Shown piece by piece: positions 47,165 through 57,033 of a stretch of DNA of 64,000 nt. The translations under genes and the position numbers were made by a program. Numbering within the stretch: the stretch's first letter is position 1; every line of letters starts with the position of its first letter. A model generated the notes under the pieces. The model was not told the origin of the DNA, made no database searches, and was given only the letters and a program-made list of their open reading frames with translations. Source of the stretch: Nitrospinales bacterium (lineage in GTDB: Bacteria > Nitrospinota > Nitrospinia > Nitrospinales > VA-1); the NCBI GenBank assembly GCA_965223795.1, contig CBDCXL010000002.1, positions 1,920,001 through 1,984,000 of the forward strand, written 5' to 3'.

Positions 47165-47215
47165 GTGGGCGCCGGGATTTAGATCTTACCTCCCTCGACC
47201 GGCGCCCACTTTTTT
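47165..47215 (+). terminator. Terminator-like hairpin between convergent hsp20 and sqr
   Basis: GTGGGCGCCGG...CCGGCGCCCAC followed by TTTTTT, with a long 23-nt loop. Confidence 0.55.
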
Positions 47216-48416
47216 ATGCCTTCCCTTTGAGCATTCCATACCAATATAGAAGCGGCAGGATGTATCTCTTGAGCAGGTATAGGCTCCATCGTTCCCTGTT
47301 CTGATCGAACGGAAATGTTTCCTTTGGATTTCCGTCGTAATCGAATTCGGCGAGAATGAGACGCCCGTATCCCGTGATTAACGGACACGACGTGTAGCCG
47401 TCGTATTTTGCGGTCAGGGACCGGTTCTCCTTCTGACTGAAAAGATTGGCGACCAACACAGGCGCCTGCTTTCGAATCGCCGCGCCGGTTTTGGATGTGG
47501 GCGCGTTACAGACATCGCCCAGGGCGAATACGTTTGAAAACTTTTTATGCTGAAGGGTGAAAGGGTCTACGTTCACCCAGCCCTCATCGTCCGCCAGCGG
47601 GCTGGACCGGATGAACTCGGGAGCGCTTTGCGGCGGTGTGATGTGGATCATCTCGTAAGGGATGATTTTCAGCGCTCCGCCGTCCAGGTTTTCAAAGACC
47701 GCTTCTTTTGCATCCGGCCGGATTTCCACGAGGTTGTAGCGGAAGTGGGTGACGATACCGCGTTCTCGGGCCAGGGTTTCCAGTGTGGTGGCATAGGGTT
47801 CGACGCCGAAAATCCGATTTTTTGCTGAAGCGAAAATCACCTCGACATGGCGGCGAATCCCTTTTTTGCGAAGGTGGTGGTCCGCCAGCCACATTATTTT
47901 TTGCGGTGCGCCGCCGCATTTTGTTTCTGTGTTGGGAAACGTGAAAATCGCGTTACCTGATTCCAGCCGGCGGAGAAATTCCCAAGTCGTGTCTGCATAC
48001 TGGTAGGCAAAGTTGCTGCACACGCCTTCTTTCCCGATCGCCTCCGGCAATCCTTTGACAGCGTCCCAATTGATCTGAATGCCCGCGGCAACCACAAGGG
48101 TATCGTAGCTGACCTTTCTTCCTGACCGAGTCCACACGCAGTTCGAATCCGGATCGATCCTTTCGGCGAAATCCTGAATCCATTCCGCGCCTTTGGGGAT
48201 GACGGAGACTTCTTTGCGTACGGTTTCCTTTTTGTCCACCACGCCGCCGCCGACGAGCGTCCACAATGGCTGGTAATAATGGTTTTCGGAGGGTTCGATG
48301 ATGGAGAGCCGGGCGGACTTTACTTTATTCCGTATACGGCTGGCTACGGTGATTCCGGCTGTGCCGCCGCCGACGATCAGAAACTCAAAATGAGAGGAAC
48401 CGACAGAAGAGTTCAT
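47214..48416 (-). CDS. sqr: Sulfide:quinone oxidoreductase, type II (eukaryote-like)
   Basis: IVGGGTAG, HYYQPLWTLVGGG, KCGGAPQK, SKTGAAIRKQAP, YDGYTSCPL, ETFPFDQ. Both catalytic Cys motifs present. Confidence 0.85.
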   Translation of the reverse strand: MNSSVGSSHFEFLIVGGGTAGITVASRIRNKVKSARLSIIEPSENHYYQPLWTLVGGGVVDKKETVRKEVSVIPKGAEWIQDFAERIDPDSNCVWTRSGRKVSYDTLVVAAGIQINWDAVKGLPEAIGKEGVCSNFAYQYADTTWEFLRRLESGNAIFTFPNTETKCGGAPQKIMWLADHHLRKKGIRRHVEVIFASAKNRIFGVEPYATTLETLARERGIVTHFRYNLVEIRPDAKEAVFENLDGGALKIIPYEMIHITPPQSAPEFIRSSPLADDEGWVNVDPFTLQHKKFSNVFALGDVCNAPTSKTGAAIRKQAPVLVANLFSQKENRSLTAKYDGYTSCPLITGYGRLILAEFDYDGNPKETFPFDQNRERWSLYLLKRYILPLLYWYGMLKGKA

Positions 48417-48692
48417 AATCGGTCTGGGAATGCGATGGGTATTTTGATTGAAGTCATTTTACCAGTTTGTGGGAAATTAGGATTTTTTACTCCATGCTTT
48501 TATTCCTTCCATTCCGTGTGCCCGCGTCAAAGTGAGGCTTGATCTCCGGGATCACTTGCTTTGCGGGAAGGCATTCAAAAATCATTACTTTCAAAATTTG
48601 GGAGTTTTCAAGGTTAGGGCAGGGCAAAAATCCCGAGAGGGTCAAAGTTCCTGAATTTACGTGGCTATTCATTATTCAGCGGTGTATTTAAA

Positions 48693-48721
48693 TTGACATT
48701 TGGTGTAATTCAAATTAGTCT
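48693..48721 (+). promoter_or_regulatory. Putative sigma70 promoter
   Basis: TTGACA-17 nt-TAGTCT upstream of the FIST gene. Confidence 0.4.
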
Positions 48722-48828
48722 GAATAGAATAACTCCATAAAATATAATGGTTTATTAGCGCGCTGAAACTCTTTTTACGATTGTGCAGTGCGTGCACGAA
48801 TGTATGTTTTGTCTGAGAGGAGACAGCG

Positions 48829-49983
48829 ATGCAGGTGGAACAGAGAATCTGGACAAAGGAAAAAGGCTGGTCATCTGATTCGACTTCTACGGTTGAGAAA
48901 AACGCTCAACTGGCTTTTGTATTCGGAGACGCTCCGGTATTGAAAAACGGTGGGCATTACGAAGAAATAAAGAAATTTTACCCGAATGCGATGGTCATCG
49001 GCTGCTCCACCTCCGGAGAAATTTCCAACCGGCGGATTTACGATGGGTCTCTCGTTGTCAGCGCACTTCATCTTGAAAGCACGACGATCCAAACCGCTCA
49101 AGTCAAAACCTCGGATTATGAAAACAGCCAGGAGGTGGGCGAGGCACTGGTCCAGTCACTGGTCCAGTCACTTCCAAAAGAAGACCTCGTTCATGTCCTT
49201 GTATTTTCAGACGGGCTGAACGTGAATGGCAGCGACCTGGTTCGGGGCCTGCTCTCTGGCATTCCTGAAGGCGTGGGGCTCACGGGGGGACTCGCAGGCG
49301 ACGGCGATCGATTTCAGGAAACCCTGGTGTGTGCCGATGCGTTTCCGGAAAAGGAAAAAGTCGTGCTTGTTGGATTTTATGGAACACGTTTGAAGGTGGG
49401 GTACGGATCCATGAGCGGCTTTTCTCCTTTCGGTCCGGAGAGGCTCGTCACCAAAGCCAAAGGCAATGTGCTGTACGAGCTGGATGGCAAGTCGGCGCTG
49501 GATCTTTACAAAGAATATCTGGGCGAGGAGAAGGCGTCCAACCTGGCCGTGAACCAGTTTTATTTTCCCCTCAGTTACAAGGGAGAGGGGATGAAAGAGC
49601 CGGTGGTGCGGACCATTCTGAGCATCGATGAAAAAGAGAAAAGCATGACCTTTGCCGGCGACATCCTGGAGGGAGGGCACGCCCGGCTGATGAAGGCGAA
49701 TTACAACCGTCTGGTCGAGGGAGCGGGCAGCGCGGCGCAAACCTGCCTGAACGGAAGCAGCCATGAAAATCCGGATTTTGCGATTCTCATCAGTTGCGTC
49801 GGAAGAAAAATCGTCCTCAAACAGCGGGTGGAAGAAGAGATTGAAATCGTCCGCAATGTCTTGAAGGATAAACCCGTGCTCACAGGGTTTTACTCCTATG
49901 GGGAAATCGCGCATTTCAGCCCTTTTGAACCCTGCCAGTTGCACAATCAAACGATGACCATCACCACATTTCGAGAAGAATAA
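48829..49983 (+). CDS. FIST N/C domain sensory protein
   Basis: GCSTSGEI, SDGLNVNG, GGLAGD, ISCVGR, GFYSYGEI, LHNQTMT. Confidence 0.9.
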   Translation: MQVEQRIWTKEKGWSSDSTSTVEKNAQLAFVFGDAPVLKNGGHYEEIKKFYPNAMVIGCSTSGEISNRRIYDGSLVVSALHLESTTIQTAQVKTSDYENSQEVGEALVQSLVQSLPKEDLVHVLVFSDGLNVNGSDLVRGLLSGIPEGVGLTGGLAGDGDRFQETLVCADAFPEKEKVVLVGFYGTRLKVGYGSMSGFSPFGPERLVTKAKGNVLYELDGKSALDLYKEYLGEEKASNLAVNQFYFPLSYKGEGMKEPVVRTILSIDEKEKSMTFAGDILEGGHARLMKANYNRLVEGAGSAAQTCLNGSSHENPDFAILISCVGRKIVLKQRVEEEIEIVRNVLKDKPVLTGFYSYGEIAHFSPFEPCQLHNQTMTITTFREE

Positions 49984-49986
49984 TCA

Positions 49987-51903
49987 GTGCACAAACTACT
50001 GATACAGCAGATTCGCCGGCATCTGGGAGACCCGGAAAACCTGCCTCCCGAATGGAAGGGGTTTATGGAAGCCGTTGACGCGGCTTACCGGGAGGCGGAA
50101 GAAGATTATGAAATGCTGGAACGCGCGATGGATCTGGCGTCCAAAGAACTTCTTGAGAAAAATGCGGATTTAAAACTGGAGATATCAGAACGAAAAAAGT
50201 TCCAGGAAGACATACAGGCGCTCACGCAGAGAAATCAATTGATACTGGATTCCGCGGGAGAAGGAATCTACGGATTGGATCGGGAAGGGAAAACCACATT
50301 TGTCAATCCCGCAGCGGAATTGATGTTGGGTTACACAGAAGAGGAACTGGTCGGAAAGCCTCAGCATTCCCTGATTCATCATTCCTATCCCGATGGAACA
50401 CACTATCCAAGAGAGCAATGTAATATTTATGCTGCTTTCAAGGATGGAAAGATCCACAGGGAATCTGAGGAAGTTTTTTGGAGAAAGGATGGTTCGTGTT
50501 TTCCCGTGGAATACTTCAGCACTCCTATTTTAGAAAATGGCGAAGTGATTGGAGCCGTTGTCATTTTTCAGGACATCACGCAACGTATTCAGGCTGAAGC
50601 AAGGTTGAAATCCTACAATGTGGAACTGGAAAAAAGGGTTGAAGAACGCACGGCCGATCTGATGCTAGCCATCAAACGTCAGGAGCAGGAGATCCAGGTT
50701 CGGCTCAAGACCGAACAGGCTTTGATTCAAGCAAAAAATGAAGCGGAAAATGCAAATCGGGCCAAATCCCAGTTTCTTTCGCGAATGAGCCACGAATTGC
50801 GAACACCTATGAACGCCATTCTGGGATTCGGGCAGCTTTTAGAAATTGATACCACGGACCCTCTGAGCCCCGGGCAAAAAGACAAGACAGATGAAATACT
50901 CAATGCGGGCAGGCATCTTCTCGATTTGATCAATGAAGTGCTCGATCTGGCCAGCATTGAGTCCGGACGTCAAGAACTGAAAATTGAAAAAGTCGGGATC
51001 AGAAAGATAGCTGAGGATGTAGTGTCTCTCATTCTACCTCTTGCGCAGGAAATGAACATCCAGTTGGAGAACCGGATTCAAATTGATAAGGAGGTTTTTG
51101 TACTGGCGGATCCAACCCGATTGAAACAGGTTTTGATCAATCTGCTTTCCAACGCGGTGAAATACAATCAGGCAAATGGCAGCGTTTACCTGTCGATCGA
51201 TAACGATTCACAGGAAGTATTGAAAATAAATGTTCAGGATACCGGAAAGGGAATCCCCCTGGAAAAGCAAAAAGATTTGTTTGAACCCTTCAACCGGCTC
51301 GACGCGGAAAAATCAAATATTTCCGGCACCGGCATCGGGTTGACCATCACCAAACAAATCGTGGAACTCATGAACGGCAGCGTGTCCTTTAAGAGTGTTT
51401 TGGGAGAAGGAAGCTGCTTTACGGTAGAGATTCCAAGATTTCGTGAAAAGAAGTCGTGTGTAGACGCTTCGAATTTTCCTGATTGCCTCGCAATTGATGG
51501 GGGAGAAGGTAGGAAAAAAACAGTACTGTATGTGGAGGACAATCCTGTCAATGTAGCCGTTGTGCGAGAAATGTTCTCAAAATTTAAAAAAATTGAATTC
51601 CTGTCTGCAAAAAATGCGGAATTGGGGATGGAGCTTGTCGAAAAGCACAGACCGGATCTCATATTGATGGATATCGATTTGCCGGGAATGGATGGAATAA
51701 CAGCCACTGAAAAACTGAAAAAAAAAGAGCACACCAAGAACGTCCCTGTTATCGCCGTCAGCGCGAATGCGTTTGAAGCCGATATTAAAAATGCGCTTTC
51801 GAAGGGATTTCATTCCTACTTCACCAAACCCATTGATATGCCTTCTTTCATCCACACTTTGAATGAAGTGCTGGAACTGGATACTTCATCTCACATTCTA
51901 TAA
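49987..51903 (+). CDS. PAS-domain hybrid histidine kinase/response regulator
   Basis: PAS (ILDSAGEGIYGLD), HisKA (MSHELRTPMNAILGF), HATPase (NLLSNAVKY, DTGKG, GTGIGL), REC (LMDIDLP, TKP). Confidence 0.92.
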   Translation: MHKLLIQQIRRHLGDPENLPPEWKGFMEAVDAAYREAEEDYEMLERAMDLASKELLEKNADLKLEISERKKFQEDIQALTQRNQLILDSAGEGIYGLDREGKTTFVNPAAELMLGYTEEELVGKPQHSLIHHSYPDGTHYPREQCNIYAAFKDGKIHRESEEVFWRKDGSCFPVEYFSTPILENGEVIGAVVIFQDITQRIQAEARLKSYNVELEKRVEERTADLMLAIKRQEQEIQVRLKTEQALIQAKNEAENANRAKSQFLSRMSHELRTPMNAILGFGQLLEIDTTDPLSPGQKDKTDEILNAGRHLLDLINEVLDLASIESGRQELKIEKVGIRKIAEDVVSLILPLAQEMNIQLENRIQIDKEVFVLADPTRLKQVLINLLSNAVKYNQANGSVYLSIDNDSQEVLKINVQDTGKGIPLEKQKDLFEPFNRLDAEKSNISGTGIGLTITKQIVELMNGSVSFKSVLGEGSCFTVEIPRFREKKSCVDASNFPDCLAIDGGEGRKKTVLYVEDNPVNVAVVREMFSKFKKIEFLSAKNAELGMELVEKHRPDLILMDIDLPGMDGITATEKLKKKEHTKNVPVIAVSANAFEADIKNALSKGFHSYFTKPIDMPSFIHTLNEVLELDTSSHIL

Positions 51904-51947
51904 ATTCCTCATTAAGAAAAAAACATCACAATCGTTCGCATTGATAA

Positions 51948-51986
51948 CAAAAAAAGGGCCTTTGAAATTCAAAGGCCCTTCCTTTT
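51948..51986. terminator. Bidirectional rho-independent terminator
   Basis: A-tract, AAGGGCCTTTGAA-A-TTCAAAGGCCCTT, then T-tract, between the convergent kinase gene and tRNA-Pro. Confidence 0.75.
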
Positions 51987-51987
51987 C

Positions 51988-52065
<78 letters not shown>

Positions 52066-52082
52066 TTTTGTCTTTTTTCCGC

Positions 52083-52991
52083 TCAGTGGTGGTAGCGGGA
52101 GTGCATCTTTTTCACCCGTTTTCTCTGTTCGGGAGTGAGGATCTTGAGCACCGCGATCTTGGCTTCGATCTTGGCCTTGATCTTTTTCGCTTTGGCTTCG
52201 ATCAGGCGCTGACCCACGGCGCGGATGGCGGATTCATCGACGGTGTCCGAATGGGCGAGGCGATCCAGCTCCATTTTCGCGATGGCCTTGTCGGCTTTGG
52301 CCTGGATCTTGGTCTTTCTGTATTCGAATTCGTGCTGTTTCAGCTCCGCGATCTGCTCGTCGCTGAGCATGAGCTTGTTCTTGAACCGCAATACATGGTG
52401 GAACGGATCCACTTTGTGGTGATGCCGTCCGTGTTTACCGTATCCATGGCCGCCTTTGCTGCCTTCTCCCTTGTGGGCGTAACCGTGGCCTTTGCGGTGA
52501 TGGCCCTTGCCGTGCGAGTAGGATTTGCCTTTACTGCCTTCGCCTTTGTGGCCGTAGCTGTGACCTTTGTAGTGGTGGCCCTTGCCGTGCGAGTCGAATT
52601 TGCCTTTGCTGCCTTCGCCTTTCTTGTGGGCGTAGCCGTGGCCTTTGTAGTGATGGCCTTTAGTGTGCGGGGAAGATTTGCCCTTGCTGCCCTCGCTTTT
52701 TTTCATTTCAGGCTTGGCTTTGCTGCCTTCGGATTTCGTGGAGGAAGGAGCCGATTCCGCCGAAACATTCGTGTCCCCTTGCGGCGCTGCACCGGGATTC
52801 ATGGATGCGGTCGTGTCGTCCTCAAAGCTGTAACTGCCTTTGCTGTCCGTCCCCGGTGAGAATTGAGCTTTGATGATTTCGGGTGAGGCGCTGTCGTGAT
52901 GCGGATGCGCCGCCGCGGTCGAGGCGGAAAACATAAGGATGAGCGCTGAGAACAGAAAACAGTTAATGGGTTTTGCGTGTTTAGCGAGCAT
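52083..52991 (-). CDS. Periplasmic Spy/CpxP-like (LTxxQ) protein with His-rich tandem repeats
   Basis: Signal peptide, three KGHHYKGHGYAHKGEGSKGK-type repeats, LSDEQ and ILTPEQ motifs. GGAGG RBS before ATG 52991. Confidence 0.8.
   Translation of the reverse strand: MLAKHAKPINCFLFSALILMFSASTAAAHPHHDSASPEIIKAQFSPGTDSKGSYSFEDDTTASMNPGAAPQGDTNVSAESAPSSTKSEGSKAKPEMKKSEGSKGKSSPHTKGHHYKGHGYAHKKGEGSKGKFDSHGKGHHYKGHSYGHKGEGSKGKSYSHGKGHHRKGHGYAHKGEGSKGGHGYGKHGRHHHKVDPFHHVLRFKNKLMLSDEQIAELKQHEFEYRKTKIQAKADKAIAKMELDRLAHSDTVDESAIRAVGQRLIEAKAKKIKAKIEAKIAVLKILTPEQRKRVKKMHSRYHH
52452..52696 (-). repeat. Coding tandem repeat of about 75-78 bp, about 3 copies (His/Gly/Lys-rich)
   Basis: Recurrent GCCTTTGCTGCCTTC...GTGGCCCTTGCCGTGCGAG units on the plus strand. 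Confidence 0.75.
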
Positions 52992-53159
52992 GGGATCCTC
53001 CCTCAAAAAAATCTGTATTTCGGCAAGGGGCCTTGTATAAGGACCTTCAGTATTGTCCATTCGATATTCAATTCTCTCATTTTTGGGGAGGAAAACCCAA
53101 GCGGAAAAGCAGACGGGACTGGCGGGTGACATTGCGTCCGGGCGCCCGCTTCGCAAAAG

Positions 53160-53236
<77 letters not shown>

Positions 53237-53248
53237 ATTGTGGAAATT

Positions 53249-53325
53249 TGGGGTGAGCGACGGGACTTGAACCCGCGACAACTGGAGCCACAATCCAGTA
53301 CTCTACCAACTGAGCTACGCCCACC
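53249..53325 (-). tRNA. tRNA-His (anticodon GUG, with encoded G-1)
   Basis: Reverse complement GGTGGGCGTAGCTCAGTTGGTAGAGTACTGGAT-TGTGGC-TCCAGTTGTCGCGGGTTCAAGTCCCGTCGCTCACCCCA. Confidence 0.95.
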
Positions 53326-53505
53326 ATTCGAATTTGTTCGAGTCCGAAATATTGCGTTCAGAAGGAAAGTGTAATCCATACATGCCCCTGTTGTAAAACG
53401 AATTTTTATCCGGATTTTTCCCGGGATCGGGCGGTGATTCAAATCCGCCCCGGGCCGCTTATTTCCTGATTTCGCCTGAATTTCCGGGGCCGCCCCGATG
53501 CGGGA

Positions 53506-53970
53506 TCATTTGATGACGCGCAGGTGGCTGCGATCCCGCTTGCCGGGAGGGGAATCCGTGGTTTTCTTCTTCTTCCCTTCCAGGGCCTGGGGAGCCGGCT
53601 TTGGCGGCTGCTGGGGCTGGGATTTGTTGAGGATCTGGTCCGCCAGGTTGATGTCTTTGGGCAGACTTTCCTCCCAGACCTGGCCTTTTTTCATCTTCGG
53701 CTCATAGATAGCCCAGACAGCCTCGAAGGGAATCTCGCATTTGTGCGGCCGCCCGTTGAACGACAGGGTGACGTAGATGCCTTCTTTTTGAATGTCGATG
53801 GGGCGGCGGAAATTGAGGTTGAAGATCAGATTGAGCGAAGGATCGTTTTTATAGGCCTTCGGCACCATCACGTCCGGCTGCCGGGCGTCCAGGCACACCA
53901 TGGCGTCCCCTTCGCTGAGCAGGCTGAGCAGAAAATCGTACTTCTCCTTGTGGATGTCTTCCATTCGCAT
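53506..53970 (-). CDS. sspB: ClpXP protease specificity-enhancing factor, SspB family
   Basis: LDARQPDVMVP, TLSFNGRPHKCEIPFEAVWAIY, C-terminal ClpX-binding-like RSHLRVIK. Confidence 0.78.
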   Translation of the reverse strand: MRMEDIHKEKYDFLLSLLSEGDAMVCLDARQPDVMVPKAYKNDPSLNLIFNLNFRRPIDIQKEGIYVTLSFNGRPHKCEIPFEAVWAIYEPKMKKGQVWEESLPKDINLADQILNKSQPQQPPKPAPQALEGKKKKTTDSPPGKRDRSHLRVIK

Positions 53971-54208
53971 AAAATACCACAAATTGGCATATCGAAAAAG
54001 GTATCCCGTGTGCCGAGGCGGGCAGGCGGTTTTGCCCCGCCTGATAAGGCGGTCTTGTGGGGAGCCGAAACGGGATGCTATCATGCTCAATCGATTGATT
54101 CTTTCCAGGCGCCCCGGTGGGCGTTCCCGGGTCCGCAAACGGGTCGCCGCAACCGGTCCGGATGTCAGGCAGGGATTTGGTGCAACGGTTGGGTTGGGAG
54201 ACAAAGCT

Positions 54209-55123
54209 ATGACTTTTTTGAAGAAACTGGGATTCACGCTGTGCGCGTGGGTGTTTTTCCACTCCGCGGGCCTGCCTCAGGCGGCCGCGGAAACGGTGCA
54301 GGTGATGGAAAACGTGTACACGATCGTTCACGGTGAAGGCGTGGATTCCAACACCACGTTCATCGTCACCCGGGAAGGGGTGATCGTGATCGACACCCGC
54401 CTGAACCCGCACGAGGCGCGCATGGTGATCGAGGAAATCCGCAAAGTGACGGATCAACCCATCCGCTACACCATCAACACGCATTATCACGGCGACCACA
54501 CTTTCGGCAATCAGGTGTTTAAAGATTCAAAAGCCATCATCGCGCACCAGAATGTGCGCAAATCGCTGATCGGCTCGCAGGGCAGGGATCACCTGGAACG
54601 GGCCCGATCGTTCAAGCTGCCGGGGCTGGACGACGTCGTCGTGACTCCGCCCAATATGGTGTTCGAAAAGAAAATGGACCTTTACCTGGGCGGCTACCAC
54701 CTTGAGCTGATCCACCTGGGGCGGGCGCACACGGACGGGGACATCTTCATTTATCTCGATGCGCTGAAAACCGTCATCACGGGAGATCTCGTGTTCAACC
54801 ACGCGCATCCCTACATGGGCGACGGGTACGTGGACGAATGGATCGCCGCCCTGGATTACATCGAGGACATCAACAACGAAGTGGTGATCCCCGGCCACGG
54901 CGACGTGGGCGGAAAGCCGCTCGTGATCGCCATGAAGCACTACCTGCTGGACCTTAAGGAGATGGTGAACCTGGAGCTGGAAGCGGGGAAAGACCTGGAA
55001 GAAACGGTGGAAGCGGTGCGGCAGGGCATGCTGAAAAAATACAAAGGCTGGGACAAGCCGAAAAACCTGGACGGCAACATCAAGCGCACCTACCTGGAAC
55101 TCAGCCTCAAAAAATCGTCGTAG
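54209..55123 (+). CDS. Secreted MBL-fold metallo-hydrolase (cyclase-like)
   Basis: Signal peptide, NTHYHGDHTFGN, AHTDGD, TGDL, IPGHG. Confidence 0.87.
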   Translation: MTFLKKLGFTLCAWVFFHSAGLPQAAAETVQVMENVYTIVHGEGVDSNTTFIVTREGVIVIDTRLNPHEARMVIEEIRKVTDQPIRYTINTHYHGDHTFGNQVFKDSKAIIAHQNVRKSLIGSQGRDHLERARSFKLPGLDDVVVTPPNMVFEKKMDLYLGGYHLELIHLGRAHTDGDIFIYLDALKTVITGDLVFNHAHPYMGDGYVDEWIAALDYIEDINNEVVIPGHGDVGGKPLVIAMKHYLLDLKEMVNLELEAGKDLEETVEAVRQGMLKKYKGWDKPKNLDGNIKRTYLELSLKKSS

Positions 55124-55167
55124 ACGCGGACGAGAAGGCGGACACCGGCGGCCCGGCCGGGAAGGAC

Positions 55168-56961
55168 CTAGTCGTTGAGCACGCCTTTTTTCTTCCAGTA
55201 TTCCCGGAGTGTGTGCTCCTCGTCCAGAAACGTGTCCAGATAGGTGTGGTTGGCGGGGATCATGGGCATCACGTGCCCCATGCTCTTGTCGTTGTAGGGG
55301 TACTTGACGTCGAGAACGTAGGGGCCCTTGTGCTTGAGCATGCGCTTGAGTGCGGGCACCACCTCTTCGGGCTTGGAGATGCTTTCCGACTCGATGCCGA
55401 ACGCGTGGGCGATTTCAGCGAAATTGGCGTCACCCAGAAACGTGTGGCCCCGCAGCGATTTGTAGAACCGGTCCTCCCACTGGGCGACCATGCCCAGATG
55501 GGCATTGTTCAAAACCACGTTCTTGACCGGGATGTTTTCGATCCGCAAGGTCTGCAACTCCTGAATGTTCATCAGAAAACTGCCGTCGCCCTCGATGTTG
55601 ATCACCTGCCGCTTGGGATAAGCGACCTGCGCCCCCATGGCCGCGGGCAGCCCGAACCCCATCGCACCCAGTCCCGATGAGCACAGCCAGTGGAACGGCT
55701 TGTCGAAATTCCAGTACTGGGCCACCCACATCTGGTGCTGGCCGACGCCGACGGAAACGATCACGTCCTTGTCCGCCATCTTGTTGCATTCCTCGATGAC
55801 GTGCTGGGGAACGATGGCTTTTTTATCGAGTTTGTACTGCAGTGGAAATTCCTTCTTCCAGGCATCGATCTGCTTGTGCCACGGGCCGATGTCCTTTTTG
55901 GGCTCCACCAGCTCGTTCATCATTTTGAGCGCCTGTTTGACGTCGCCCTGAATGGGAATTTCCACCGGAATGTTTTTATTGATCTCCGAGGCGTCGATGT
56001 CCACGTGGATGAATTTGGCGCCTTTGCAGAATTCGGACAGCTTGCCGGTGACCCGGTCGTCGAAGCGCACGCCGAGGGCAATCACCAGGTCCGCGTGGTT
56101 GATGGCGATGTTGGCGTACACCGCGCCGTGCATGCCCAGCATGCGCAGCGACAGCGGGTCTTCCGAGGGGTACGCGCCGAGGCCCATGACCGTGGTGGTG
56201 ACGGGCACTTTCGATTTGCGCACGAAGGTCACCAGCTCCTGAGAAGCCCCCGAGGAGACGATGCCGCCGCCTGCGTAGATGAGCGGACGCTTGGCTTCCT
56301 TGATGGCGTGGATCGCCTTTTTGATCTGCATGGCGGACGGTTTCAGATTGGGCTTGTAGCTGGCCAGGTCGAACTTGACCTTGAAATCCGGAACGGTCTC
56401 CTGCTGCTGGATGTTTTTGGGAATGTCGATCAACACCGGTCCCGGCCGTCCTGATTTGGCGATGATGAACGCTTCGTGCACCACCTGCGGAATTTCATTG
56501 AGGCTCTGGACCAGGTAGCTGTGCTTGACCAGAGGGAAGGTGGCGCCCATGATGTCGGTTTCCTGAAAGGCATCGGTGCCCAGAACGGTGGAGGGCACCT
56601 GACCGGTGATGGCGACGATGGGAATGGAATCCATCTTCGCGTCCATGATGCCGGTGAGCAGATTGGTCGCCCCGGGTCCGGATGTGGCCAGGCACACGCC
56701 GACTCTGCCCGTGCTGCGGGCGTAACCGCCGGCGGCGAAGCTGCCTCCCTGCTCGTGCCGCGGCAGCACCATGCGGATTTTCTTGCTCAGCGTCAAACCC
56801 TGATGGATTTCCATCGACGCGCCGCCGGGATAGCCGAAAATGACATCCACGCCCTCATTTTCCAGGGCCTTGACGAGAATGTCGCGGCCTTTCATGATGG
56901 GCGCGGCGCTCTGGGCTTTGCTGGCGGCGGGTTTCTTCTTTTTTGCGGTTTTGGTCGTCAT
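55168..56961 (-). CDS. ilvB: Acetolactate synthase large subunit (biosynthetic)
   Basis: IFGYPGGA, RHEQG, ATSGPGATN, GTDAFQE, RFDDRVTG, GQHQMW, GDGSFLMN TPP-binding motif. Confidence 0.93.
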   Translation of the reverse strand: MTTKTAKKKKPAASKAQSAAPIMKGRDILVKALENEGVDVIFGYPGGASMEIHQGLTLSKKIRMVLPRHEQGGSFAAGGYARSTGRVGVCLATSGPGATNLLTGIMDAKMDSIPIVAITGQVPSTVLGTDAFQETDIMGATFPLVKHSYLVQSLNEIPQVVHEAFIIAKSGRPGPVLIDIPKNIQQQETVPDFKVKFDLASYKPNLKPSAMQIKKAIHAIKEAKRPLIYAGGGIVSSGASQELVTFVRKSKVPVTTTVMGLGAYPSEDPLSLRMLGMHGAVYANIAINHADLVIALGVRFDDRVTGKLSEFCKGAKFIHVDIDASEINKNIPVEIPIQGDVKQALKMMNELVEPKKDIGPWHKQIDAWKKEFPLQYKLDKKAIVPQHVIEECNKMADKDVIVSVGVGQHQMWVAQYWNFDKPFHWLCSSGLGAMGFGLPAAMGAQVAYPKRQVINIEGDGSFLMNIQELQTLRIENIPVKNVVLNNAHLGMVAQWEDRFYKSLRGHTFLGDANFAEIAHAFGIESESISKPEEVVPALKRMLKHKGPYVLDVKYPYNDKSMGHVMPMIPANHTYLDTFLDEEHTLREYWKKKGVLND

Positions 56962-57033
56962 GGTGTGTTGAGCACGTTAACTGAATTGCGGTTTTATGTC
57001 AAACCCAATCCCGGTCCCGCAAGCGGATTGGAT

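Noticed and set aside
48615..48660. c-di-GMP-I riboswitch-like GGCAAA...GAGA hairpin upstream of the FIST gene
   Set aside because: The conserved GACGCAAA segment and a supportable P2/P3 pairing are missing. The GACGCAAAA at about 23970 likewise lacks the upstream P2.
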